A DNA stretch of 64,000 nucleotides from an uncultured Spirochaetota bacterium (GCA_963845535.1 CAWJSK010000019.1:384001-448000); one strand, 5' to 3'. Shown: positions 1 to 9,963, counted from the first letter of the stretch. The notes: generated by a model not told the origin, from the letters alone. A program made the numbers and translations.

Positions 1-1589
1 CCATCCAGGTGCTCAGAGACGCGCTGCACGAGGAAGTGGAAAAAGCGCGCGGGGAGTCGTCCCTCGCCATGGAGAAAGACCTCGCGTCCCTGCGGGAGTC
101 CCTGGACGGCGCTTCCCGAAAGATGCAGAAAGAGATCGAGGCGCGGATGGCGGGCATCACCGGGGAGATGCAAGCCAGCAGCAAGGAAGTCTCGCAGCTC
201 CTGGAGGCATCCAGCACCTACGTCACTGCCTGGGAGGCGAAGACCCGGCAGCGAATCTCCGAGACCGAAGCGGCAATCGCCAGGAAAGTTGCTTCCGTGG
301 AGTCCCAGGCGGGCTCCTCGATTGAAGCCGTCACGGAAGCCTTCGCGGCTCAAAAGGAAGAGTTGATGGCCGCTGCCAGCGCGGAGAGCGCGGCATTCAG
401 GAATGAGCTGACCGAGGTCGGGCAGAAGATCACGGCGCTCAAGGCCGAGCTTTCCACAACCTCCGGAGAGACTGTGGAGAGACTGCAGAGTCAGGCCGAA
501 GCGCTCCAGACGGACAGCCAGAAGCGCATCCGGGAGTTCCAGGCTGACGTGGAAGCGCGGATCAAGGAATACCGCCAGCTCATGACGGAGAGCCGTGATA
601 AGGCGGAGGGCATGCAGGAGAAGCTCTTCGCGAAGATCGATGAGAGCTACCGTCTCATGTCAACGAACCTCGCGGACATCGACAAGCGCGTGAAATCCTT
701 CACCGCGCAGACGCGACTGTTCGAGCGGGCGGACTCGTTGAAGGCTGCCCTCGAAGTCAGCATCGAGGAGATGAAAAAAGACGTCGCGAAGCTGGGGGCG
801 GAGAAGGCGGAGCTGGCAGAGACCGAGCTGCAGCTCTCACGGACGAAGAAGCTCGCTGATGAGACTTCCACGAAGCTCTCGCGGTTCCTTGCGGAGAAGC
901 GGCGCATTGATGAGATGGAGGGGGAGTTCAAGAAGCTTCTCACCCTCTCGCGTGACATCGACTTGAAGGTCAGCACGCTCTCCGGCAGCCATGACGCGCT
1001 GCAGCAGATCCAGGCAAAGGTCAGAGAGTTCGAGGAAATGGGGAAGGCCGTTGAGACCGGCGTGGAGAGGCTGGACAAAAAGCAGCAGATCATCACGGTG
1101 ACCGCCGAAGGCGTTGACAAGAACTTCCAGCGCCTGGAAACAATAGAAAAGACCCTCAAGATGACGGACCAGGAAGCCGCGGCGCTGGAGGAAAAAGTGC
1201 GCTCCCTCGTGACGGAATACGAGATGCTCGCGGGACGCAAGAAGGACGCGGAGACGGCGGTGGAGATCTCCAGCAAGCTCACGACCGTCATCGAAGATCT
1301 CGAGCAGCGCCTGGAGAAGGCGCAGAACTCCCGCGAGTGGCTTGCGCGGACGGAGACGCGCTTCGAGGAGATCGGCCGGCAGGCGCAGGAGCAGGTGCGC
1401 CTCCTGGAGACCATCGTCAAGTCGGAGTCCAAGAAGGAGAAAGGAGAAAGGGGCGCTCCTCCCCTGGACAAGAGGGAGACCGTGGTGAAGCTTTCCCATC
1501 AGGGCTGGTCAGTGCAGGAGATCTCCCGGGTCACCCAACTCAGCCGCGGGGAGGTGGAGCTGATCCTCGAGCTTGCCCCGAAGGTGTAG
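1..1589 (+). CDS. SpiroCoCo-like long coiled-coil protein with C-terminal HTH-like motif (5' end lies before the window)
   Basis: E/K/A/L-rich heptad sequence throughout; C-terminus VVKLSHQGWSVQEISRVTQLSRGEVELILEL resembles the spirochaete coiled-coil family; frame is open from the window edge. Confidence 0.75.
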   Translation, partial: IQVLRDALHEEVEKARGESSLAMEKDLASLRESLDGASRKMQKEIEARMAGITGEMQASSKEVSQLLEASSTYVTAWEAKTRQRISETEAAIARKVASVESQAGSSIEAVTEAFAAQKEELMAAASAESAAFRNELTEVGQKITALKAELSTTSGETVERLQSQAEALQTDSQKRIREFQADVEARIKEYRQLMTESRDKAEGMQEKLFAKIDESYRLMSTNLADIDKRVKSFTAQTRLFERADSLKAALEVSIEEMKKDVAKLGAEKAELAETELQLSRTKKLADETSTKLSRFLAEKRRIDEMEGEFKKLLTLSRDIDLKVSTLSGSHDALQQIQAKVREFEEMGKAVETGVERLDKKQQIITVTAEGVDKNFQRLETIEKTLKMTDQEAAALEEKVRSLVTEYEMLAGRKKDAETAVEISSKLTTVIEDLEQRLEKAQNSREWLARTETRFEEIGRQAQEQVRLLETIVKSESKKEKGERGAPPLDKRETVVKLSHQGWSVQEISRVTQLSRGEVELILELAPKV

Positions 1590-1746
1590 CGCCGTGAACG
1601 GTGGCCGCGCCGTGGCCGCGCGGCCTTCCGCACTATCTGTACTCGACCTGCATCCGGTGCTACTGTTGCCAGGAGACCTGTCCCACGGGCGCCATCACAA
1701 TCCGTCGCGGCCCCCTGGCAGGGATGTTCGAAAGCCGGAGGTAGAC

Positions 1747-3114
1747 ATGCCGATCACGGTCGATTATCGCAGGATGATGCCGCCCCTTTCGCGGGAGCTG
1801 GTGGAGTCATACCGGGGCGCCTTGCGCGCAATCCACGCGGACGTGAGCGCGCGGCGCAAGGCCGGCGCGCTGCCGTTTTACGACCTTCCCCAACAGGACA
1901 TCGGGCCAATCGAGAAGTACGCGGCGCGGGTGAAGGGCTCGTACAAGAACGTGGTGGTGCTGGGCATTGGCGGCTCGGCTCTCGGACTCCTTTCCCTCAA
2001 TTCGGCGCTCCGCAGCCCGTATCCCGCCCTCGAGCCCGCGCCTCGCCTCGCCGTCATGGACAACATCGACCCGGTCCGCATCAGCGCCTTCATGAAGGCG
2101 TTTGATCCCAAAGAGACCATCCTGAACGTGATAACGAAATCCGGCGACACCGCGGAGACCATGTCGGAGTTCCTGATATTCCGCAAATGGTTCACCGACG
2201 CCCTGGGGGCCAAAGGCTCGAAAGAGCGCATCGTGGTCACCACGGACAAGAACAAAGGCGCCCTGCGCAAGATCGCGAATGACGAAGGCTATGCCAGCTT
2301 TGAGGTCCCTGACGGCGTCGGGGGCAGGTTCTCCGTTCTCACTCCGGTAGGCCTCGTGCCTGCGGCGCTTTTGGGCATCGACATACGGGGACTCCTTGCC
2401 GGAGCTGCGGACATGGATGCGCGCCTGGGAAGCGCGGAGCTGATGGAAAACCCGGCGTACCTGGGGGCCGCGCTGCATCATGCGGCCTGGCAGGAGGGAA
2501 GGCGGATCTCGGTGATGTTCGCCTACTCCGACCAGCTCTACCTGATGGCGGACTGGTACCGGCAGCTATGGGCGGAGAGCCTTGGCAAGCGCACGGCAAC
2601 TGACGGAAGGATCGTGGCAGTCGGGCCAACCCCCATCAAGGCGCTGGGGGTCACGGACCAGCATTCGCAGGTCCAGCTCTACAAGGAAGGACCGGATGAC
2701 AAGGTCTACACGTTCCTCACCGTGGAGACCTTCGATGCAACGGTCCCCATCCCGTCCTCCGACCTGGAGGCAGTCTCCTACCTGGGCGGCCACACCTTGA
2801 ACGAGCTTCTGGCTGCCGAAGAGCTTGCCACGGAGATCGCGCTTTGGAAGGCGGGCCGGCCGGTCGCGCGCATCGTTTTCCCCCGGGTCAACGCTGAGAA
2901 CGTGGGGGAGTACTACCATCTTCTCGAAGTCCAGACAGTGGCGGCCGGCGGCCTGTTCGGGATCAACCCGCTGGACCAGCCGGGGGTGGAGGAAGGGAAG
3001 CATTTCGCGTACGGGATCATGGGACGGGCCGGATACGAGGCAAAACGAAAAGAAGTCGAGGGAATAGCGCAGGGAGACCCTGCCGTTGTGTTCAAGGGCA
3101 GGGAAAAAGCTTGA
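1747..3114 (+). CDS. pgi: glucose-6-phosphate isomerase
   Basis: GIGGSALG, TKSGDT, VGGRFSV, QLWAESLGK, DQHS, NPLDQPGVEEGK motifs; ATG 1747 after GGAGG. Confidence 0.95.
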   Translation: MPITVDYRRMMPPLSRELVESYRGALRAIHADVSARRKAGALPFYDLPQQDIGPIEKYAARVKGSYKNVVVLGIGGSALGLLSLNSALRSPYPALEPAPRLAVMDNIDPVRISAFMKAFDPKETILNVITKSGDTAETMSEFLIFRKWFTDALGAKGSKERIVVTTDKNKGALRKIANDEGYASFEVPDGVGGRFSVLTPVGLVPAALLGIDIRGLLAGAADMDARLGSAELMENPAYLGAALHHAAWQEGRRISVMFAYSDQLYLMADWYRQLWAESLGKRTATDGRIVAVGPTPIKALGVTDQHSQVQLYKEGPDDKVYTFLTVETFDATVPIPSSDLEAVSYLGGHTLNELLAAEELATEIALWKAGRPVARIVFPRVNAENVGEYYHLLEVQTVAAGGLFGINPLDQPGVEEGKHFAYGIMGRAGYEAKRKEVEGIAQGDPAVVFKGREKA

Positions 3115-3140
3115 CCTGATCCGAAGTCATCTATTACCTT
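3111..3140 (+). promoter_or_regulatory. putative sigma70-type promoter of grpE-dnaK-dnaJ
   Basis: TTGACC-N18-TACCTT upstream of grpE; no CIRCE element. Confidence 0.35.
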
Positions 3141-3163
3141 TAGGTAAACTCTTTTAGCAGGCG

Positions 3164-3811
3164 GTGATGATGTCGAAGAAGAAAGACCAATCAGAGGTCT
3201 TCGAAGGGGCGCAAAACGTCCCGGGGGCAACGCCCCAGGACGGTGGATCAGACGTGAAGGGGGGCCAGCAGGCCGCCCCCGTGCCCGAGCCATCCCCTGT
3301 GAAGGCGCTCTCGGCTGAAGTCGCTGACCTCAAGGACAAGCTGCTCCGCAAGCAGGCGGATTTCGAGAACTTCCGAAAGCGTATGCTCCGTGAAAGGGAG
3401 GACGCCGCCCGGTACGCCAACGCCGCCCTGCTCTCGGATCTCACAGGACTGATCGATGATTTCGAGCGCGCAATCCATTCGGGGGAGGAGTCGAAAGATT
3501 TCGGTTCCTTCCTTCAGGGCATAACGATGATCGAAAAGCAGCTCGTCGAGATGCTCGAAAACCGCTGGGGCCTGAAGAGGTTTTCCTCCGTGGGAGAGGC
3601 CTTTGATCCCAACAAGCACGAGGCCGTGCAGCGCGTGGAAGGGCCGGTGGACGCAAAGCCGACCGTGGTGGAAGATTATCAGAAAGGGTACTACCTGCAT
3701 GAGCGGGTCCTGAGGCCCGCTCGCGTGAAGGTCATGGTCCCGGCGCAGGGAGAGGCCGGGACTGCTGGTGCTACCGTCCCTGGACCGAAGCCCGGCCCGG
3801 ACGGGAAATAA
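3164..3811 (+). CDS. grpE: nucleotide exchange factor GrpE
   Basis: [39 protein letters not shown]. Confidence 0.97.
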   Translation: MMMSKKKDQSEVFEGAQNVPGATPQDGGSDVKGGQQAAPVPEPSPVKALSAEVADLKDKLLRKQADFENFRKRMLREREDAARYANAALLSDLTGLIDDFERAIHSGEESKDFGSFLQGITMIEKQLVEMLENRWGLKRFSSVGEAFDPNKHEAVQRVEGPVDAKPTVVEDYQKGYYLHERVLRPARVKVMVPAQGEAGTAGATVPGPKPGPDGK

Positions 3812-3824
3812 GGGAGACCCCTGG

Positions 3825-5846
3825 ATGGGCAAGATCATCGGCATTGACCTGGGAACCACCAACTCGTGCGTTGCCATCATGGAGGGCAGCCAGCCCGTCG
3901 TGATCCAGAACTCCGAAGGGCAGCGTACCACCCCCTCGGTTGTCGCCTTTACCGACAAGGGTGAGCGCCTGGTGGGCCAGCCGGCCAAGAACCAGATGAT
4001 CACGAACCCTGAGAACACGGTGTATTCCATCAAGCGGTTCATGGGGCGAAGGCACCCCGAGGTGGTGGAGGAGATCCGGAGGGTTCCGTTCACCGTGGTG
4101 GATGCCGGCAATGACGTGCGGGTGCAGATCCGCGGCAACCCGTATTCTCCGCCTGAGATATCGGCGGCAATCCTCCAGAAGATGAAGAAGACGGCGGAGG
4201 ACTACCTCGGGGAACCTGTCACGGAAGCCGTCATCACGGTCCCGGCATATTTCAATGACGCCCAGCGCCAGGCCACCAAGGACGCGGGCCGGATTGCCGG
4301 CCTGGACGTCAAGCGGATCGTGAATGAGCCCACCGCAGCGGCGCTGGCGTACGGCCTGGACAAGGGCGGTCGGGAAGAGACCATCGCCGTCTATGACCTG
4401 GGGGGCGGTACGTTCGACATTTCCATCCTGGAGCTGGGGGATGGCGTTTTCGAGGTGAAGTCCACCAACGGTGACACGCACCTCGGAGGGGATGACTTCG
4501 ACCAGCGGATCATTGAATGGACCGTTTCGGAGTTCAAGCAGGAGCATGGCATCGACCTTTCCGGGGACCGCATGGCGCTTCAGCGTCTCAAGGAAGCCGC
4601 TGAGAAGGCCAAGATAGAGCTTTCGAGCACCCAGACCACTACCATCAACCTGCCGTTCATCACGGCGGACCAGTCCGGCCCGAAGCACCTGAACTACACG
4701 CTGACCCGGGCAAAGCTGGAGCACCTCCTGGGGGATCTTTTCGAAAAGACGCGCACGCCCTGCTTTCAGGCCTTGCAGGACGCGGGACTCACGCCGGCGG
4801 ACATTGACCATGTCATCCTCGTGGGCGGCTCGACCCGCATCCCGGCGGTGCAGGCGCTGGTCAAGGACATCTTCAAAAAGGAAGGAAGCAAGGGCGTAAA
4901 CCCTGACGAGGTGGTAGCCGTTGGCGCCTCCATCCAGGGCGGCATTCTGGGCGGAGACATCAAGGATGTTCTCCTGCTGGACGTCACGCCTCTCTCCCTC
5001 GGCATTGAAACCCTGGGAGGGGTGTTCACCAAGCTCATTGAGCGCAACACGACAATCCCTACGCGCAAGAGCCAGACCTTCTCCACTGCATCAGACAGCC
5101 AGACCGCCGTGTCCATCCACGTCCTGCAGGGAGAGCGGGAGATGGCCGCGCAGAACAGGACGCTGGGCCGCTTCGATCTGGTGGGCATTCCCCCCGCGCC
5201 CCGCGGCGTGCCGCAGATCGACGTGACCTTCGACATCGACGCAAACGGGATTGTGCACGTTTCCGCCAAGGACCTCGGCACGGGCAAGGAGCAGAAGATC
5301 CGCATCGAAAGCTCCTCAGGACTTTCGGAGGAAGAGATCAGGCGCATGGTCAAGGAAGCGGATGCCAACGCCGCCACGGACAGGATGGAGCGGGAGAGAG
5401 CGGAAGCAAGGAACGACGCTGACAGCCTCCTGTACTCCACGGAGAAATCTCTCCTGGATTTCGGTGACCGCGTGAGCAAGGAGGACAGGGGCGCCATTGA
5501 GGGGGCCGCCGCCGAGCTGCGTGCCGCAATTGACACCTCCGACGTCCCACTCATCAAGGCCAAGACGGAGGCGCTGAAAAAAGCCGCTTACCGGCTTGCG
5601 GAGGAGGTCTACAGGGCCAAGAGCGAGCCCCGGGAAGCGCCGTCTCGGAAAGCATCCGGCGCGTCCGGTAAGTCCGGCAACGGCTCCGCAGGCGGCCCGT
5701 CAGGCGGCTCCGCAGGCGGCCCGTCAGGCGGTTCATCGGGCCAAGGGCGTTCACCACGGGCCGGAAGCCGCGCGCAACACGCTGATACGGAAACGTCCGA
5801 TGACCCCGACTACGAGGTCGTCGACGACGAAACGAAGAAAACCTGA
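3825..5846 (+). CDS. dnaK: molecular chaperone DnaK with Gly/Ser-rich C-terminal tail
   Basis: [38 protein letters not shown]; start moved to ATG 3825. Confidence 0.99.
   Translation: MGKIIGIDLGTTNSCVAIMEGSQPVVIQNSEGQRTTPSVVAFTDKGERLVGQPAKNQMITNPENTVYSIKRFMGRRHPEVVEEIRRVPFTVVDAGNDVRVQIRGNPYSPPEISAAILQKMKKTAEDYLGEPVTEAVITVPAYFNDAQRQATKDAGRIAGLDVKRIVNEPTAAALAYGLDKGGREETIAVYDLGGGTFDISILELGDGVFEVKSTNGDTHLGGDDFDQRIIEWTVSEFKQEHGIDLSGDRMALQRLKEAAEKAKIELSSTQTTTINLPFITADQSGPKHLNYTLTRAKLEHLLGDLFEKTRTPCFQALQDAGLTPADIDHVILVGGSTRIPAVQALVKDIFKKEGSKGVNPDEVVAVGASIQGGILGGDIKDVLLLDVTPLSLGIETLGGVFTKLIERNTTIPTRKSQTFSTASDSQTAVSIHVLQGEREMAAQNRTLGRFDLVGIPPAPRGVPQIDVTFDIDANGIVHVSAKDLGTGKEQKIRIESSSGLSEEEIRRMVKEADANAATDRMERERAEARNDADSLLYSTEKSLLDFGDRVSKEDRGAIEGAAAELRAAIDTSDVPLIKAKTEALKKAAYRLAEEVYRAKSEPREAPSRKASGASGKSGNGSAGGPSGGSAGGPSGGSSGQGRSPRAGSRAQHADTETSDDPDYEVVDDETKKT
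5681..5728 (+). repeat. perfect 24-bp tandem duplication inside dnaK tail (GSAGGPSG x2)
   Basis: CGGCTCCGCAGGCGGCCCGTCAGG occurs twice in tandem. Confidence 0.9.
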
Positions 5847-5852
5847 AAGCTC

Positions 5853-6986
5853 ATGGCAAAACGAGATTTTTACGAGGTACTGGGCGTCGCAAAGGGCGCG
5901 TCACGTGAAGAAATAAAGAAGGCCTACCGGCAGCTCGCCATCAAGCACCACCCTGATCGCAACCAGGGGGACAAGGAATCCGAGGAGAAGTTTAAGGAGG
6001 CCACTGAGGCGTATGAAATCCTGGCGGATGACCGCAAGCGCCGCGCGTACGACCAGTACGGGTTTGCCGGGGTCAACGGCATGGGCCAGCCGACCGCCCA
6101 GGACTTCTCCACGATCTTCCAGGGGTTCGAAGACATCTTCGGAGACTTCAGCGGCTTCTTCGATTCTTTCTTCGGGTCCACGGGAAGCCGGCGCAGGTCT
6201 TCGCGGGGCGGCTTCGGCCAGCAGGGATCCGACCTGCGCTATGACATGGAAATCTCCTTCCTTGACGCGGCCTTCGGCACCAAGCGGGAGATCTCCTACG
6301 CCAGGGCGGAGAGATGCGACGTCTGCGGCGGCACGGGAGCGGACAAGGGGACGGGCAGGAAGCTTTGCCCCACCTGCGGCGGCTCCGGTCAAGTGCGGAG
6401 AAACTCAGGATTCTTTTCCATAGCCTCGACCTGCCCGAGCTGCAACGGCGAGGGTGAGATCGTTGAGAAGCCTTGTACCGCCTGCCGCGGGACGGGCCTT
6501 GTGCGCCGCAACCGCACGGTCACCGTCACAATCCCCGCGGGGATCGAAGACGGCAAGCGGCTCAGCCTTGCGGGGCAGGGTGACGGAGGGACCAACGGGG
6601 CGCGTGACGGCGACCTGTACATCTTCCTGCGGGTCCAGCCTCACGATCTGTACGAGCGGGACGGCAACGACGTGTATTGCGCGGTCCCCATCTCTTTCAC
6701 GCAGGCCGCGCTGGGCGCTGACATCGTGGTCCCGACGCTGGATGACAAGACCGTGCGCGTGTCTGTTCCCGCCGGAACGCAGAACGGAAGGATATTGCGG
6801 CTGAAGGGTGAGGGCATACCGGACCTTCACGGTCCCAGCCGGCGCGGGGACTTGTACATCAAGCTCGTCGTGAAGGTTCCCACGAAGGTCTCCGCCCGGG
6901 CAAAGGAGCTTCTCAAGGAGCTTGCCAGCGTCAGCGGGGAAGAAAAGAGCCCCAAGCCCATCCCCTTGTCCGAGCTGAAGCAATGA
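5853..6986 (+). CDS. dnaJ: chaperone DnaJ
   Basis: J-domain HPD, G/F region, four CxxCxGxG motifs. Confidence 0.99.
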   Translation: MAKRDFYEVLGVAKGASREEIKKAYRQLAIKHHPDRNQGDKESEEKFKEATEAYEILADDRKRRAYDQYGFAGVNGMGQPTAQDFSTIFQGFEDIFGDFSGFFDSFFGSTGSRRRSSRGGFGQQGSDLRYDMEISFLDAAFGTKREISYARAERCDVCGGTGADKGTGRKLCPTCGGSGQVRRNSGFFSIASTCPSCNGEGEIVEKPCTACRGTGLVRRNRTVTVTIPAGIEDGKRLSLAGQGDGGTNGARDGDLYIFLRVQPHDLYERDGNDVYCAVPISFTQAALGADIVVPTLDDKTVRVSVPAGTQNGRILRLKGEGIPDLHGPSRRGDLYIKLVVKVPTKVSARAKELLKELASVSGEEKSPKPIPLSELKQ

Positions 6987-7002
6987 CGTAACATTTCCCT
7001 CA

Positions 7003-8373
7003 ATGGAAAATGTGGGGTTCTTCCTCCGCGCCGTTACAGTCACGCTTCTGGCAGCTGAATCAATCCTGCTGGCAGTTCGCTCACCGCGATGCGCGCGGCG
7101 GCGGGAGCCGCTGTACCTCGCCCTCTTTCTGTGCGCGGTGGCCGTCGGGATTGCCTTCCCATCCCTCCTGGGGGCCGCAAGCGTGCTTGCGGTCTCTACG
7201 ATGTGGGCGGCAGGGGCCTTCCTCATCGAGGCCCGCGGCAGGACCCGCCATGCAAAGCTGCGCCTGCCCTGGGCATGCGCGTGCGCGCTCTTTGTCATCC
7301 TGCTCCTGGCAGGAAGCACGCTCGGTCTTCATGATACAACCATTCTTGCCGCCTTTGACGCCGCGGGGACGTGCGCGCTGGCCGTCTTTCCCGTACGGCT
7401 CCTGGTGGGAATAGGGAGAGGCTCGCGCTCCACGCCGCTTTTCGCCGCCCTGGTGTCCGCCTGCATATGGATTGTTGCCGCGGCGGCGGACACCGTGCTC
7501 GTCTCCCTGGGGTTTCGATACCCGGACGTCTCGACCGTTCCCCTCTTCGTTCTCTCACTCTGCATGGGCTGGCTGGTTTTCCAGGAAGGCTACCCTTCGC
7601 GGGCGGGATGGCACGGGCGGCTTGCAGCCCTGGAGCTGCAGGAGAAGCTCCCCCACGCCGCCTACGCGCGGGTGCTCGACCATGAGACCACGCTGGCGCG
7701 GCAGGACCGGCTGATTGCCGCGGGGCTCCTTGTCCTTGGAGCGGCCCACGAGTTCAAGAACACGCTGTCCTACATCCGTGCCGTTGCGGAAACAGGCCTG
7801 GAAAGGACGGAAGCGGATAGAAAGGATGAAAGCCTGCGCCTCCTCCTGGAGCACGCGGACGCGGGGCGGGAATCAGCGGTGGGGCTGCTGGAGAGGCTCG
7901 GCAGGGAGGGCCGGGAGAAACCGCGGGTCATGGACGCGGAACGTGACCTGGCGCAGTTCCTGCGGCTCATCCGCGCCGGCTACCGCGGGGAAGGCATCCT
8001 GATGACGGCGGCCCTTGCGCCCGGCGTCAGGTTCAGCGCGAGAAAAAGCGAGGTGGAGCAGATCCTCCACAACCTCGTGCGGAATGCCGTTGAAAGCCTG
8101 CGCTTCAAGGGGATTGCCGAGCAGAAACTCATCGAGGTCTCATCACGGCGCGCGGACGGGCAGGCGCTGCTCGAAGTGAAGGACAACGCCGGTGGCATCA
8201 CGCAGGCTGCGGCGCGCAGGCTCTTTGCTCCCCGTTTCTCCCAGACAGGCGGGACGGGGCTCGGCCTCTACCTCTCGCGGAGTCTCGCGCTGCAAAACGG
8301 AGGGACGCTGGAATACGCGCCTGCCCCCGGCGGGAGCGTGTTCATGCTCTCGTTCACGGCGGTGGAAGAGTGA
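7003..8373 (+). CDS. membrane sensor histidine kinase (no adjacent regulator)
   Basis: Multi-TM N-terminus; H-box AHEFKNTL; N-box NLVRNA; DNAGGI; GTGLGL. Confidence 0.9.
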   Translation: MENVGFFLRAVTVTLLAAESILLAVRSPRCARRREPLYLALFLCAVAVGIAFPSLLGAASVLAVSTMWAAGAFLIEARGRTRHAKLRLPWACACALFVILLLAGSTLGLHDTTILAAFDAAGTCALAVFPVRLLVGIGRGSRSTPLFAALVSACIWIVAAAADTVLVSLGFRYPDVSTVPLFVLSLCMGWLVFQEGYPSRAGWHGRLAALELQEKLPHAAYARVLDHETTLARQDRLIAAGLLVLGAAHEFKNTLSYIRAVAETGLERTEADRKDESLRLLLEHADAGRESAVGLLERLGREGREKPRVMDAERDLAQFLRLIRAGYRGEGILMTAALAPGVRFSARKSEVEQILHNLVRNAVESLRFKGIAEQKLIEVSSRRADGQALLEVKDNAGGITQAAARRLFAPRFSQTGGTGLGLYLSRSLALQNGGTLEYAPAPGGSVFMLSFTAVEE

Positions 8374-8394
8374 AGAGAACGGCGGCCCGCGCAA

Positions 8395-8422
8395 TTGACA
8401 TGTTCTCCCAGGCACGAATACT
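8395..8422 (+). promoter_or_regulatory. putative sigma70 promoter of decayed TA-like pair
   Basis: TTGACA at 8395 followed by AATACT, just upstream of ATG 8435. Confidence 0.35.
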
Positions 8423-8434
8423 TTGATAGCAGTA

Positions 8435-8674
8435 ATGTCCCCGGAAGCAGATTTCGACAGCGTGACGCAGGAAGCCTCGAGACTCTCATCTCCCAGCACC
8501 GAGCGACATGTCTTTGGTTCATCCGGGAGGATTATGCTCCCGGGTGGTACGCGTCTACGGTAATCTCACTTGCTTGAGAAGGTCCAGCGCTACGGTGACC
8601 GGAATAGCTTACGTCCAAGCCGAAGGTTGAGGGAATGGCTCTTACAAAACTCCAGCGCGAAATTCTCTGGGTAA
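8435..8674 (+). pseudogene. frameshifted small protein, putative antitoxin-like partner of a nucleotidyltransferase
   Basis: Fragments in different frames join to MSPEADFDSVTQEASRL / ISQHRATCLWFIREDYAP / LLEKVQRYGDRNS / LREWLLQNSSAKFSG*; recalled similarity to small CLWF proteins preceding AbiEii-type nucleotidyltransferases. Confidence 0.5.
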
Positions 8675-8724
8675 TTTCGAAAAACCGGATCGACCAGGGC
8701 GACAGCTTTCCGGGATCCTCGTAG
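8635..8724 (+). pseudogene. truncated N-terminus of AbiEii/AbiGii-like nucleotidyltransferase
   Basis: MALTKLQREILWVISKNRIDQGDSF then early stop; overlaps the upstream small ORF as in two-gene TA operons; assignment from memory of the MALT..Q...NR...G.SY.AGG N-terminus. Confidence 0.45.
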
Positions 8725-8792
8725 ACCACTCTTTGCCGAGACTCGACTTCGAGCCTGCTTCCGCCGGGCAATCCCGAAGAAGCATTGGAAAC

Positions 8793-8846
8793 CTATCAAA
8801 TTCGCAAATATCGAAAGAAATCTTTCGAAATTTGCGAATTTGATAG
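8793..8846. repeat. 54-bp AT-rich near-perfect palindrome
   Basis: CTATCAAATTCGCAAATATCGAAAGA-AA-TCTTTCGAAATTTGCGAATTTGATAG; 25 of 26 arm positions complementary. Confidence 0.95.
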
Positions 8847-8888
8847 ATCCACGTGCTTTGGTTCCGGGAGGCCGAAACCTCGACGACG

Positions 8889-9356
8889 TTAGTCGATGTT
8901 CGCGGTCAGGTTGATGGAGTGGCCGTTGGAGGCAAGGTTGCCCGAAGCGTAGGGGATCTGGATCATGTTCAGCTCCGTCCCCGTTGAATCGAAGAAGTCC
9001 TCTGGCGCGGGGGAGGCGTAAGACGTCTTTCCGCTGGTGCCGCTGGTGTACGACGTGACGAGCGTGTACTTCTGGTTGGGAAGCTTGGTAATGGTCACCT
9101 GGTAACGGACATAGCTGCCGTCGAAAGTCCCTGTGGATGAGGTCTGGGAGAAGATCTGCCCCGCATCCGAGGTGACCATGACAGTGACGCTGGAGCCCGG
9201 TTGGGCCCAGTCTGAATGGCTGGCGGCCAATACGCGCACGTCCACCGTCATGGCGTTGGAGGGATAGATGATGTTCATCAGTTGGCCGCAGCCGGTCAGA
9301 ACGAGCGTCAGGCCCACAACCGGCAGCAGAAGTTTCGACTTTCTCACAGTCCTCAT
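8889..9356 (-). CDS. hypothetical lipoprotein, beta-strand rich
   Basis: Basic N-terminus, hydrophobic core, lipobox LTGC; S/T/G-rich mature part; upstream extended -10 TGCTATACT (9373-9381, minus strand). Confidence 0.8.
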   Translation of the reverse strand: MRTVRKSKLLLPVVGLTLVLTGCGQLMNIIYPSNAMTVDVRVLAASHSDWAQPGSSVTVMVTSDAGQIFSQTSSTGTFDGSYVRYQVTITKLPNQKYTLVTSYTSGTSGKTSYASPAPEDFFDSTGTELNMIQIPYASGNLASNGHSINLTANID

Positions 9357-9466
9357 TCCCTGCTGTGGTCAAAGTATAGCACAAATGGCCTTCCTATTGC
9401 CACCCCTTTCGCGGTTGATTTTTGAGGACGCATGGAGGCGCCTCGACAAAAGAAAAGCGCCTCGGC

Positions 9467-9494
9467 AAAGAAAAGCGCCCCGGAGAGGGGCGCT
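9467..9494 (-). terminator. intrinsic terminator after OMP-lipoprotein unit
   Basis: 8-bp GC stem AGCGCCCC/GGGGCGCT followed by a U-rich tract on the minus strand; adjacent short tandem copies of GCGCCTCG(A/G)CAAA(A)GAAAA. Confidence 0.75.
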
Positions 9495-9518
9495 CACGAG
9501 TGCAATGCCTGGTTTCTT

Positions 9519-9963
9519 TCAAAGATAGACAAAGAAATCAGCGGTAGTGGAACCGTTGAACGGCATGGAGATTGACGTGTATGCGTTCCCTGATGCGTCG
9601 TAGAAATATAGTAGAAGAGGGAATCCCCGTTAGGCCGTCATAGTAGGTTGCAATAGATCGTGTAATTCCCATTCGGCAACTTATTGAACGAGGGAATAAC
9701 ATACTCTCATAGTTATATCCACTGACCGGATCATGATACAGTGCCGCTAAACCCTGTCTTTTGTTCCTCCGGAAGCGCCGCTAATGGTCACGGTTACGTC
9801 GAATATGCAGATAGGCCGCTCGGGTGCGTCGTTATGACACTATCGTAGTGACGTTTATCGTGTTATTCGCGTAAAGCGCATCCAGTATCTGATCACAGCT
9901 CGAGAGGAGGAACAGCGCCCCGACAGCCAGCAGTATCAAAGGGATAAGCTTCTTGACTCTCAT
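9519..9963 (-). pseudogene. multiply frameshifted lipoprotein, paralogue of 8889-9356
   Basis: AGGAGG RBS; MRVKKLIPLILLAVGALFLLSSC lipobox; later fragments DVTVTISG, FNKLPNGNYTI, FYDASGNAYTSISMPF align with SVTVMVTS, ITKLPNQKYTL, FFDSTGTELNMIQIPY of the neighbour; missed by the ORF track. Confidence 0.75.

Noticed and set aside
3115..3163. CIRCE/HrcA operator before grpE
   Set aside because: Only TTAGCA is present; no TTAGCACTC-N9-GAGTGCTAA and no hrcA in the window
8889..9963. Diversity-generating retroelement acting on the lipoproteins
   Set aside because: No reverse transcriptase and no near-identical TR/VR pair differing at adenines
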